IMG/VR virus record: IMGVR_UViG_3300045988_063953
Reading direction: 5' to 3' (one strand)
From: a virus
DNA length: 64,000 nucleotides
Below the pieces are notes generated by a model. It did not search any database. It saw only the letters and a program-made list of their open reading frames with translations, and was not told the origin of the DNA. The position numbers and the translations under genes were made by a program. Position 1 is the stretch's first letter. Each line of letters opens with the position of its first letter. Of this stretch, positions 46,701 through 56,000 are shown one piece after another.

Positions 46701-47825
46701 CTTAGTCCAAAGATTCTCTTTGACTTCTTTACCAGCTTGTCTTGCAGCATCTCTAAGAATTTCACGTTGAGCTTTATTAGCAGCACCTCTACCGATATCT
46801 TCCATAGCTTTACCACCAAAAGCATTCTTAAGAGCATACATTTGAATAACATCAGAAATAGTATTAACATAGTTATTTCTAAAGTCTTCATCTGCTGAAT
46901 TACGAGCAATAGCTTTAGCTGCTTCATCTCTATTGTTGTAATCTACGTCTTGTAGTTTATCTTGATGATTTTTAACCCATTGAGCATATTCAGCATCAGA
47001 CATATTACCAAGAGTATTTTTAGCCTCATTATACATATCAGAATAAACACCTCGTGCTTCCTGATAATTTTCCATTGTACGTTGAAGTAAAGCATTAACT
47101 CCCTTTTCAATAGCCATATTAGTCATCTGAAGAACTTTAGGATTATCAGCTAACTTAGCTACTTTAGCAAGAGAAGAAAACTTTTCTAAAGACCTAATAC
47201 CAGTACGAGTAATAGCACCTATATTACGTGCTTTACCAATATAAGATAAACCTTTAACTACACCACTTGAAGGAATAAGAAGAGTAAGAGAACTTGCAAT
47301 ACTTGGAAGATTACTTGCCCACCAACCTGCATTAAGCAAACCTCCATTACCTATATTAACTCCATCTTCAACATATATTGGAGCAAACTCTTTGAACTCT
47401 TCTTGTTTCTGCTCAAGAAATTGACTTACAGGATTAGAATAATCATGGTCAGAAAGACCTGTAAGTTGACCTACTGCATCAACTAAATCACTAAGTCCTT
47501 TAACAGTTCCAAGACCTATTTCACTAACAACAGTTTGAGCAAGAGCATTACCAAACTTTTTAAAGTTACCTTGAGCACGTGCTAACTCGTTATTAAGATT
47601 CTTACTTACAAGATTAGGTGTAATACCTTGTTCTAAAAACCTTTCAGGATTATCCATCTTCCATCGCATATCAGCACTACCAGCAATGAAATCAGCTCCA
47701 GCAGACTGAACTGTTGGAGCTGTAATACTTTGAATAACTTTAGGTTCTTTATTTTTTTTTGATTTAGGCTTATAATTAGGATTTGGTACAAAGCCTCCAC
47801 CAAGAGTATCATCATTTATAACCAT
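40710..47825 (-). CDS. giant virion/ejection-type protein with HExxH motif and acidic low-complexity linker
   Basis: 2371-aa ORF. LIHEQLHRIL is encoded at about 41388-41402. Also carries a TEPTTEPTEPKTEETP linker. Confidence 0.7.
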   Translation of the reverse strand: MVINDDTLGGGFVPNPNYKPKSKKNKEPKVIQSITAPTVQSAGADFIAGSADMRWKMDNPERFLEQGITPNLVSKNLNNELARAQGNFKKFGNALAQTVVSEIGLGTVKGLSDLVDAVGQLTGLSDHDYSNPVSQFLEQKQEEFKEFAPIYVEDGVNIGNGGLLNAGWWASNLPSIASSLTLLIPSSGVVKGLSYIGKARNIGAITRTGIRSLEKFSSLAKVAKLADNPKVLQMTNMAIEKGVNALLQRTMENYQEARGVYSDMYNEAKNTLGNMSDAEYAQWVKNHQDKLQDVDYNNRDEAAKAIARNSADEDFRNNYVNTISDVIQMYALKNAFGGKAMEDIGRGAANKAQREILRDAARQAGKEVKENLWTKTKDHATDFLFKSKLAVGAQLGEGLEEGVNTISQLEAMDTGRVLLGTSNGSSFDSRLKSYAQSPQLWESMFWGVLGGVVFEVGGSKLNQLKYNLEHKNDKAKTGENATTGENNSNAPSWSMNDELPEVKRKIAEIQGRDAKLQLLGQQLKRIEQARNPFDTSDDRELTKAEQATFKQQVINKTLTDMSLEAMNNGNSSLLKEFMSDDNVRQVMVAKGIISEEDSHTFQQQAVDKIAQVEKEYNDEITHLNRISADAVEDGKVIPFEMLQTIATNNAYNRLGIKTLETARNEELNIYRALIAKAKEDGKLSGEVEDYERALEARANVWALTDLYQSKAEVEQSLKDNPTIGGQLALESIDKQIKSLHESLYDKNDVRSMLPIFFARNKTNLVRQSLLTKDDEAGRLALQEEEKAIADAIDKGDFRGVQNIFELDDKTLQLAEEDAKQFATDYNKLNRSTNDILEELKEYGSKEDAIGESYNRAYQYGYQINQNRSQVVSSVSELKTEIGVLNNTLNEMRRAKLAKATDTFKDILGKYGRESLEAALASRRIGDNEEFDKITELYDKEDKEKFDEAITVYNFANPNNNQLYESLTNVLDLEEILQFQKEEQKKKNTTTNQNPSETAENEKSNNQSTNETESEESQKNGTTDEVSSEESTEPTTEPTEPKTEETPAKSIRFNDKGDIDSTGKTNIETVAKEDGTEEIQLKGKVGVEHLFNNTALFDVEKDASVIDNNAEVKQNPIVKRKDNGDFEVVSKGLIGKKSDAPVEEQSSEEAPQGDKSIKEQQETALIDTISKNETDFGVFKYKIKKPIKGNINGEPVVGEIVVNDNGTFFAYQKGDDIGNDEVRGIQLNDIQKQWLEKHLKGDTGKQSHISYTGEVSENSNEDAVADSGKEILNDAKVVINGAVIPTIKAHKDKITMDELADELYNTYKAQGVEEDILKAIVNDIRKNPLYNKLLTKRNNKLDAIAGVIDAQNRQSAIEEEVVDGKKHKKFTDVYSKAADALFDAYLSDRDGIVRKDKNGVERYYFSFQDLLNWCNEVSETPDTATGIYGYLKQYILDKSKNKDYLYRIVDEAALDAETIFDNKKEIIQTLNADRHRLNIKQLVELYQKEDRTDELNELLEALDNVKVGDRVSIEVRNNKLHIRTNGTLIGALPVPIVSKEIDAYTVKNDGVIYDINVNNGDSTLKDTLKRWVYEENEDASEVNDILYSLAFDKTLTEKDRKKLYKKFLNNKEVKALVDKGVIVDPTDIDIVAEGFAKLYRYIAKSYNQVAGTDLEYKLADVLSNSIDDYFDKLLNSYNAISAIAKFPQGYEATVDYVTSGILTKQVESNEEYLNPEVEKQANTVKDAVADSLMDRFEFGFIPTGQNAYGERTSGIVYGDGGSQVDFPGTPGNTFGMIKDQNGVPQLVRAYPVRFGDKRLSKDVVKIQKAIKTEFANLLEDFYAHKEGSYERLRDFVNKVFSNYNRTISRGFMSDNGITIRDFSKGNGFNIAIDGQPFSISIGNSIYRGERQYQTAVRQGEAKGIFDKNGENKDAAIKMFEQFVDRSAIGIHFDAMQNAINENYPLTGFMSRNEKGEFTVTIPNSKTGKPTVVSAKSYKDFLIDNNLVKINLKKTKDINGKETNFTRRNDKTQVGNQTLYVRFDAVKTPETINGNTAEQKTSGDARVEKVVQLLEKGDKREHQGNAIATMILGNSVKNLLKPINGYSILPKTIIFDKDLNSRAGYERTNALYNVTKDTITVGTKWLDMLRNPDTKQEALRKLIHEQLHRILAQDGNAKYIEQVRAIRDEFIEANKRDGLEEGKGIRRYEKIDKNDTIALEEFLVESLTSKELIDRLNAIDAKVDKGSKKKSLFQKIVDTLCKIFGWDVRKGSLYEKEIVALGDILNTTKKEVAKEGTLDFKDESSDTSPVKEITEETTSPETTKEEPPKVYDSEDSFDNEFDMDVDFDDVMRSNIDEDIRTPTIKSFIDSIPIENRAKMREQIDNGELQTYCK
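40952..40971 (-). repeat. GC-rich motif copy K
   Basis: taatttcctttacgggggag. In the 2371-aa CDS, read as SPVK. Confidence 0.85.
44067..44086 (+). repeat. GC-rich motif copy L (GTATAA variant)
   Basis: ctcccccgtataagaaatgt. In the 2371-aa CDS, read as YTGE. Confidence 0.8.
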
Positions 47826-47837
47826 AGTTGTTTCTTT

Positions 47838-49751
47838 TTACTTATTAAAATAACCTATTGCAGAAAGAATATAGTTAGATATTTCTTGTTGCTTTTGTTT
47901 CATTGTTGCAGCATAATCACTAACATCTAATCCTTGAGCCTTATAATTACTATAATTATTAACTAAGTCAGGATATAATTCTTGAACTGCTTGAGCACCT
48001 CTAATTTCTGCAATTTTAGCAGCATTAGGATTCATGTCAATAGGTCTACCATTGTTATCAACAATAGGGTCACCATTTGCCATAAGAGTACCATCTTGAA
48101 TTTCATCGATTACATCATCAATTATAAATGCTTTATTAAGCATATGTTCAGCAGCAGCTCTATCAAGTGACCTAACACTACCATTAGGAGAAAGAAGGGT
48201 ATAGCCTTCACCATCACTATGTCTAAGAGTTCCCTCTTGAGGAATACTCATGTCATAGTTATAAAGTTCCATATTGTTTGCTTCAACAGCTGCACGAGTA
48301 CGAGTATCTTGTAGTACAGCTTTCTCTGCATCATCATTGTGAAGTTGAGGTATAAACAATTCTATAATACCATTAGGAGCATATTCTTTCATAATTTTAT
48401 CCATTGTATCATCCCCATCTTGTGGATTCTTTAATTTACTTGCATCAATAGTAAGTTTAGTTCCATATTGATTACCTGAATAAGCAGAGTTAAAACGAAC
48501 AGCACCTTGAACAGTAGAAGCACGTTTAACAATTTGGTCTATAGCATCTCTATCTTTAGTTTCAGTTACTTCACCATAACTTTGACTTTTATCATCACCA
48601 AAGTTTTTCTTAAATACTTGATATTGACTAAGACCTTCACCACTAAGTTCTTGACGATAACGTTCTTCTAAAGCATTAATACCAAATACATACTCTTCTT
48701 TACTAATTAAACCTCTATTAAGTTTATTTCTAAGTTGAGTATGTTCAGCACCCATATCAGTAGTAGTAATCATACTTGTAGCAACAGTACGTTCTTTACC
48801 TGTCATAGGGTCAATAGATGCTTCTTTAACTTTAGCATCAGCTTCATCCATAAGTTTGAGCATATTATATAAATCTGCTTGAGTCTTATTTCTATTAGCA
48901 TGATAACCTCCTTTTGGTTCAAGAAAACTACCATCATATCTCTTTTCACCAATAGGTCTTACATAACCTTCTCTACCTTGAATATCAGGAGCATTAGCAT
49001 AAGCATCATTAACACTACCATTAAAGTTTGCATTGATCACTTGACCTTTATTATCAAGTCCAGCAATGCTATAACGAGCTTCAACTTTAGTAGATTCTAA
49101 ACTATCATCAATAGCTTTACCTTTTGATTTAATACTATGATTACTATCTACATTACGAAGTCCTTGAAGAATTTTAGTAAGGTTATCTAAGTTATTTCCT
49201 TTGGCAACATTTAGAGTAACCATACCATCTTTCTCAATAAGTTGAACACCTTTCATTTTACGAAGGTCATCTTTACTCCAACCATTATTAGCTAAGAATA
49301 AATCAAAAGCATTATCTTCATATACATCATCTTTAGCTAACCAATCCCAACCAAACCAACCTGTTCTACGAACAACTTTAGGGTCAAAATTAATAGATAT
49401 TGCAGTAGCATCTTGCTTATTACCTTTAGCATCAGTATAACTACCTAAATCTTTAATAAAACCAATATATTGTTTTTCAAAAGGATTAATAAAGTTACCT
49501 TTAGCATCTCTATCAAAAACACCATTATTTCTAACATTATTAAGAAAGTTAAATGCTTGTCTTTGTTCTTGATTAGCTATATTATAAAAACCGTTAGTTA
49601 CACGAGCCTGCTGACGAAGCTTCATAACTTGTTCTTTTATATAAGCTCTTTTATTAGCAGGAATTTTAAGTGTACTGAGATAATCAGCAGCACCATTATA
49701 ATCTCGTGCTCTAATCAAATCATCATATTGTTTACTATTAAAATCTATCAT
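47838..49751 (-). CDS. hypothetical virion-block protein
   Basis: 637-aa ORF with 6-12 nt spacers to its neighbours. Confidence 0.75.
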   Translation of the reverse strand: MIDFNSKQYDDLIRARDYNGAADYLSTLKIPANKRAYIKEQVMKLRQQARVTNGFYNIANQEQRQAFNFLNNVRNNGVFDRDAKGNFINPFEKQYIGFIKDLGSYTDAKGNKQDATAISINFDPKVVRRTGWFGWDWLAKDDVYEDNAFDLFLANNGWSKDDLRKMKGVQLIEKDGMVTLNVAKGNNLDNLTKILQGLRNVDSNHSIKSKGKAIDDSLESTKVEARYSIAGLDNKGQVINANFNGSVNDAYANAPDIQGREGYVRPIGEKRYDGSFLEPKGGYHANRNKTQADLYNMLKLMDEADAKVKEASIDPMTGKERTVATSMITTTDMGAEHTQLRNKLNRGLISKEEYVFGINALEERYRQELSGEGLSQYQVFKKNFGDDKSQSYGEVTETKDRDAIDQIVKRASTVQGAVRFNSAYSGNQYGTKLTIDASKLKNPQDGDDTMDKIMKEYAPNGIIELFIPQLHNDDAEKAVLQDTRTRAAVEANNMELYNYDMSIPQEGTLRHSDGEGYTLLSPNGSVRSLDRAAAEHMLNKAFIIDDVIDEIQDGTLMANGDPIVDNNGRPIDMNPNAAKIAEIRGAQAVQELYPDLVNNYSNYKAQGLDVSDYAATMKQKQQEISNYILSAIGYFNK

Positions 49752-49757
49752 AGTTTC

Positions 49758-50939
49758 TTATCTACCATTAAGTTGAGTATTTATTTGACTACCACTACTA
49801 ATAGGATATTGCATAGGAGTATACCAAGTATTATTTTGAGTTGTTACTACAGGACCATCTTTAGTAACTCCTGCACCTAAGTAAACTCCTCCACCGTTAA
49901 GACCTCCAGTAGAACCTGTTCTACCACCAGTTCCGTTATCTTTATCAGGAGCTTCTCGACCACTTGTTTTATTAAGAGAAGTAGTTTCATTACTAATTTT
50001 AGTATAAGAAGCTGCACTAAGACTTGGGTCAATCTGATAAAAGAACATCGCTTTACCACTACCAAGACGAATACCATTAGCATCACTAACTTGAGATTCA
50101 AGAGCTTGAATTTCTCTATTCAATTCATCTTGTTTGTCAGGAGGAAGAGCATCTCTTTGTTTAGTAAGTTTATCAATCTTCCAAACTTTATTTTCATAGT
50201 CTTGTTGTATAGCTTGAGCATTTTGCCTATAAGTACCCTCAGCAGCAGTTTTAAGTTTATTCTTAGTTAAAACAGTTTTACCACTACTACTTCCACTCTG
50301 CTTATCATAGCCTGAAGCACTACCATCATGTTTAGTAAAATCACTACCTGTTGTAACAGACCTACTACTCTGCTTTGAATCAGCTTGTGCAACACCAATA
50401 GTGTACTTAACTAAATCCTCAACATTAACATCTTTAACAGGAGTCCATTTAGCTTTCCAATCATTACTACCTACAACTCTTCCATCATCATCGTAAATAG
50501 GTTTATATTCATAACCATTTTGTTCTTCAAAACGAAGTTTAGTATCATCATTCAAATCTTGACGAGCCTTGACTGTTTTAAGAACTTCTTGTCTTTGATT
50601 ATTAGTTCTAATTCTACTTGTAAGTTCAGGAGCAGAAATAGCATCTCCTGCAAGAGTAGTTGCTAAACTTAAAGCAGAACTATAATCACCACCTCTTGCT
50701 GCATAATCAATTTGGTCTTGAATACTACGAGCATAAGCAGCTTTCCAATTATCTTCACTACTATCTAATTCAATTTGGGCAAGAGCAGTTTGAATAGCAC
50801 TTCTTTGTTTAAGAGCCTCTTTATGCTTCTCATCAATCTTATTAAGAGAATTAGCAAATATATCTAAATGCTTTTTTATAATAGGTCGTGGAGCAACATA
50901 ACCAAAACCTATTGACTGACTACTTTCTTCATTTGCCAT
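49758..50939 (-). CDS. hypothetical virion-block protein
   Basis: 393-aa ORF with a Gly/Ser/Thr-rich C-terminal part. Confidence 0.75.
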   Translation of the reverse strand: MANEESSQSIGFGYVAPRPIIKKHLDIFANSLNKIDEKHKEALKQRSAIQTALAQIELDSSEDNWKAAYARSIQDQIDYAARGGDYSSALSLATTLAGDAISAPELTSRIRTNNQRQEVLKTVKARQDLNDDTKLRFEEQNGYEYKPIYDDDGRVVGSNDWKAKWTPVKDVNVEDLVKYTIGVAQADSKQSSRSVTTGSDFTKHDGSASGYDKQSGSSSGKTVLTKNKLKTAAEGTYRQNAQAIQQDYENKVWKIDKLTKQRDALPPDKQDELNREIQALESQVSDANGIRLGSGKAMFFYQIDPSLSAASYTKISNETTSLNKTSGREAPDKDNGTGGRTGSTGGLNGGGVYLGAGVTKDGPVVTTQNNTWYTPMQYPISSGSQINTQLNGR

Positions 50940-50978
50940 AATAATATCTTTATTTACTATATGCGAATATACAACATT

Positions 50979-51006
50979 TCTCCTAATAGTATCATCTATT
51001 AGGAGA
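50979..51006 (-). terminator. hairpin between the 666-aa and 393-aa genes
   Basis: Perfect 11-bp stem tctcctaatag / ctattaggaga. The T tail is weak. Confidence 0.45.
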
Positions 51007-51020
51007 AAATTAATATTAAA

Positions 51021-53021
51021 TTACCAACTTGTTTGCACCACACCCATATCACGAAGTCGACGACGATAAGTGTTACCAAGTTTACCGTAAGCACTATTAA
51101 GTATTTCTTTATTTTGTTTATAATTAAGAACTTTTCTATCATAAGCCTTTCTACGTTCAGCAGTTACAGTGGGGTCTTCACCATTAATAACTTCAAATGT
51201 TCCAGGATCAGTTAAGTTCTGATTATAAGCATTACCAAAAATACCCATTATAGTATCTTGGTCTAAATCAACACCACTATTCATCATACGATAAGCAGTA
51301 CCATTTTCAGATGCTGCAAGAGCATAACGCATACCTTGTATATCTTCATATCTCTGAGAAGCTTGTCCAACAAAGTTAGAAACAGCTCTACCAAGACCTT
51401 GTAGAGTCATAACTTTAGCTTGTGTCTTAGCATTATCTTTAGCATTCTGAATATCAGCAACTTTATTAGCCCAATCAGATTGTATCTTAAGATTCTGTGC
51501 AGCAACTTCTTGTTGATTAAGAGCGTCTTTATTGATAAGCTCAGTTTCAACATTTTCTTTTTGAGCATAAAGTTTATCTATATCATCAGTTGCTTTAGTA
51601 TTCAGAAGATTACGTCTATTCAAAGCAGCAACAGAACTTGCAGTACCAGCATCAATATCACCAAAAGCTCTATTACGAGCACGATTAACTTCTTCTTCTT
51701 GAGGAGCTACATTATAAGTTGTTTTAAGCTTAGCAGCTTGAAGAAAACCGGGACGTTCTGGAAGATGAATACTATTAGCACCTTTACTATTAATAATACC
51801 TGTTGCAATACTACCAAGAATATCACCACCTAAACCAATCCAATCACCAGTTCTAATAGCCATACCTGACTTATTACCTGTAGTATTAATAGTTTGAGAT
51901 GGAATAGTAGCAGGTTGAGGCTGAGGTTGAACTACTTTCTTAGGAGGTGTTACAACAACTTCGTCCATAGTTACAGATCGACTTGGGTCAAATATACTTC
52001 CAGGACGAAAATCAATAGGTGGGTCATCATAAGAACCAAAAGGTGAAGTATTAAATAAACGTCTACGAGTAAAATTATACATACCACCAACTCGATGTTT
52101 AGGACGACCATAGTGCATTACCTTTACGGGGGAGCTATTATTAAATGTACCATCATCATTAAGTCCAGCTATTTTCTTAAATCTCTCTTGAGCAGCAAAA
52201 ACTTCATCTTTATTAGCACCAGAAAGAATTGCTTCTACAGGACTAATACCATTAAGTATAGGAGCACCACTAAAGATTCTAAGTTGATTCTTTTTAATTT
52301 GAGCAATCTCACCACCTTCAGCTTCAAGTTCTTTATTACCAACAGAGATACCAATACCAGTATTTCCACTTTCATTAATATCTTCATGGGAACTCCCCCG
52401 TAAAAGAAATGTGCCATTACCGACCTTTACAGCATCTCCACCATCAGTAATAACAGGTTGTTCTCTAAGTTTGCGACGACTACCAAGTTTAGCTTGTGAA
52501 TTAAATTGTCTTTGATAATCATTATTAACTTCTTCAGTACCTGTTAGAGCTTGACTAAGTTGAGATGCTTCTTGAACAGTATTGTTATAATTTTCAACTC
52601 TGCGCTGTCTTTCAGCAGCACGCTTTTTAGCACTATTACTAAGAAGACTTCCAATAATAGAACTTGCTAAACTTGCACCAACAGCAATAGCAGTTCCAAC
52701 AAATGCTTTAGGTCTATTACCTTTAATACTTCTTCTACCTCCAAGTTTATACTCAGTGTTATATTGAGTATTATAATCTTGATTAGTAGCAAGAGTTCCT
52801 TTAAGTTGAGAACTCATACCAGTAGCTTCACGTAAAGCATTTTGATATTCTTGAAGTCTATTTCTACGCTCTTCAAGTTTACGATTACCATCATTCTGTA
52901 TAGCAGTAGAAGCAACTGTACTTGCAACAGAACCTGCAGCACTAATAATAGAAGGTAATAGAGCCCCAAGATTAGCTCGAGGTCTATTACCAGAAACAGT
53001 AATTCTTTTTTTATTTGTCAT
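51021..53021 (-). CDS. hypothetical virion-block protein with internal tandem duplication
   Basis: 666-aa ORF. Two modules of about 90 aa (hydrophobic segment, helical segment, KLGGRR/KLGSRR) lie near the N-terminus. Confidence 0.75.
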   Translation of the reverse strand: MTNKKRITVSGNRPRANLGALLPSIISAAGSVASTVASTAIQNDGNRKLEERRNRLQEYQNALREATGMSSQLKGTLATNQDYNTQYNTEYKLGGRRSIKGNRPKAFVGTAIAVGASLASSIIGSLLSNSAKKRAAERQRRVENYNNTVQEASQLSQALTGTEEVNNDYQRQFNSQAKLGSRRKLREQPVITDGGDAVKVGNGTFLLRGSSHEDINESGNTGIGISVGNKELEAEGGEIAQIKKNQLRIFSGAPILNGISPVEAILSGANKDEVFAAQERFKKIAGLNDDGTFNNSSPVKVMHYGRPKHRVGGMYNFTRRRLFNTSPFGSYDDPPIDFRPGSIFDPSRSVTMDEVVVTPPKKVVQPQPQPATIPSQTINTTGNKSGMAIRTGDWIGLGGDILGSIATGIINSKGANSIHLPERPGFLQAAKLKTTYNVAPQEEEVNRARNRAFGDIDAGTASSVAALNRRNLLNTKATDDIDKLYAQKENVETELINKDALNQQEVAAQNLKIQSDWANKVADIQNAKDNAKTQAKVMTLQGLGRAVSNFVGQASQRYEDIQGMRYALAASENGTAYRMMNSGVDLDQDTIMGIFGNAYNQNLTDPGTFEVINGEDPTVTAERRKAYDRKVLNYKQNKEILNSAYGKLGNTYRRRLRDMGVVQTSW
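52115..52134 (-). repeat. GC-rich motif copy M
   Basis: gcattacctttacgggggag. In the 666-aa CDS, read as SPVK. Confidence 0.85.
52393..52412 (+). repeat. GC-rich motif copy N (consensus)
   Basis: ctcccccgtaaaagaaatgt, identical to copy F. In the 666-aa CDS, read as LLRG. Confidence 0.9.
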
Positions 53022-53033
53022 ACTATATTATAT

Positions 53034-56000
53034 TTAATATGGTTTGATATTAATATCAACATCATTAATTACAAAAGGAAGTCTATCATCAATGTTCCTA
53101 AATATAAATCTAAGAACAATATATTTACCATATATTAAACTCTTATGGTCAGATAGAGAATAATTAGCTTTTATTTCATCATATCTTTTTCTTTGTTGTT
53201 CAGTTAAATCATCAAGACTTTTAATATTATATTTTGCCATCAATTCTTTGTCAACATCAATAGCATCAAGATAATTTCTAAAATAATTAAGTTGCCAAAC
53301 ACCTCTTTCAAAATGAGGAACTTTATAATTATTAAGAACATTTATAACATCAGGTTGGCTTATATCAAGATTACCACTATCAGTTTGGTCAGTATATATT
53401 CTAAGAATATCACCAGAGTATCTGTTAGTTTCATCATAAGTACCATCATTAGTAAAAGTTTCAGCCATTCTACTAAAACTTACATCTTCATATTTGATGT
53501 TTTTGTTTAGAACATATCTAACAGACTCTAACATACGAGGTATTCCAAACTCTGAATTAAAGATTATATCAAATACAGAACTTTGAATAGCAACAGGTTT
53601 TGTTTTACCATTCTTATCTTGTACAGTTACAACTTCGTGATTGTCAGGAAAACCAAAAGTATTATTAGCAAGATATTGATAATCTCCAATATTAGTTCTA
53701 CTATACTTATAAATATTATTCTTTACAACTTTATCAAAGAAATAAGCATTGTTCTTAGTATTAATACTTTCAGTAAAATAATAATCATGAGTACTAATAT
53801 ATCTTTTAGAAGTCATATTATAACTAAAAGTAGCATAATCATCTTTGATATCATCAGAAGAAAATCTAATACATATAAGAATTCTATCATGTTTGAAATC
53901 AGTTATAAATCTAATATCTTTAATAGTTTTATTATCTATCCAATTAATAATATCAAGAGTAATATCATTAAACTTGTTATCATCAAAATTATAAATACGT
54001 TTATTAGCAGAATCAAAAAACCAATAACCATTATGATTAACACACCAAGCATCAGGAAGTTGAAGTCCACCAAAACCGTGTTGTGCAGTAAATAGTTCTT
54101 TAGGCTCTACATCAAACAAATCAGGAGTAGCAAGTTGAATTTCTTGGTTCTCTGTTTTAAGCATACTATTCTTATCCATTGCAAGAAGAGAATGTTCTGT
54201 ATGTATATAAAACATATTACCAATACCTAAAAGATTAGTAATATTACCTTTATTTTTATTAATAACCTTATAAGCATTGGCACCAAAAAATCTCCAACTA
54301 TTTTCTACAGATTCATCTTGTATTACATTACTTCGACGAATAATAGATTTTCTAACTGATGTATCACGTCTATTAGCATTAAAATTGGTATATTGTTTAT
54401 GTACTTGTTCTTTGAAATCAATCTTATATTCAATCAAATCAGTAGCATTAATAGGTTTAACTACTGTATTAATTGTCTTAGTATGATTCTTAGAAGTAGA
54501 TTCTCCAATTACACCAACAAGAATTTCAGGTTCTTTTTTAATACTAATAGCATCGAGATTAAAATTACTAAACTTTCTGAATGTATAAAGTTTAGCATAA
54601 TAATCTTCTTTAGTAGTAGGTTCTTTAGCAATATTATTATTGCCATCAATGTCATAAACCTTACCTGTATTATCATCAATATAAATAGCTCTTGTATACT
54701 TCAGATATTTATCTACAGTAAGAAAAGCAGGAAGATTATAATCTTCATTAACTACAAGATTTATATCAGGATTATCAAGACCTGCATGGTCTAAATCTTC
54801 TTCTTCAATTTCCCAATCATCTCCTTTAATTTTATTAGGATATGTAGGAAATTCACCATAAGAGTAAACATTACCTTTCTCAGTAGCAACTACTGGACCA
54901 AAAGGAATAAGAACTTTATTAGTACCACAATAAACATTTCTATTGAACATTCTAATTTGAGCAACAGAATTAAGTGCTGGCTTAAATACAGTACCATCCA
55001 TATGAACTAAATCTAAATGAATACAACCCTCACGTCCTGTAGTATTAATTGTAGTTGTATCAAGTTTAGTTTGTATGTTACTTATAGAAATAGAAGATGC
55101 TTTAATATAAGCAAAATAAGGTTCATTTGCATCAGCAGTACTATAGTTTCCTGCATCATCAGCTTTAGCAATAGTATGATATACTGCACCAATATAATTA
55201 TTAAGTCCAATCTCTACATCAGATGCCTTAAATAAACTATTATCAGAATCAATACATTTAACAGTAGTGACAATAAGATTTTCAGGTTTTTCATAACTAA
55301 TAAAAAACCCAACATAACCATCAGGAACAGTAATATTATTAAAACAAATTGTATTTCTAATAAGTTTATTATCAGAAATACTTATACTATTACCTGTAGC
55401 AAACAGAACATCATTATTGTAATTTTTATAATAACCAAACTTACCTATACCTGCAACATTATAATAACTATTAGGATAAAGTTCGTAAATATGTTTATCT
55501 TTAAGTTCTTTACATTTAGTTAAATCATCGGCAGCATTTGGAGTAAAACCATCTATATCAATGTTACAACCACCAAGATTACCTATTTGATATTCAGAAC
55601 TAACACCTATTGGAACTCTTGTTTTACCAGTAATTTTAACAGCATCAGGTACAGAAGTATCATTGTCGTTTTTAATAGGAAGACCATTAGTAAAAGTACC
55701 ATCTTCTCTTACATAATGAATATAAAACTTATAAACACTATTAGGCATAAGAGAACGTTTAACTTCATCAATATATATAGAAGTAGAATACTTAACATTA
55801 GCTTCAGAAGAAATCTTAATTCTATCTTTACGCATTCTACAATTATATACTTCAGCACTTCCACCGGGACCTCCTAAAACACCTTTGTAATCAAGTACTA
55901 TATCATTCTGAGCATACTCTGTATAATCAGTTCTATTTTTATCATAAAACTTAATAGTAGTATTAGTAAGAAGAAGATAAGCATCACTTATTTTAAGAGT

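Noticed and set aside
52115-52412. Reading the inverted motif pairs as invertase (phase-variation) sites that flip coding segments.
   Set aside because: A hand-simulated inversion of the 270-bp segment introduces an in-frame TAA. Inversion between the kb-scale pairs would disrupt essential genes. No invertase gene is seen in the window.
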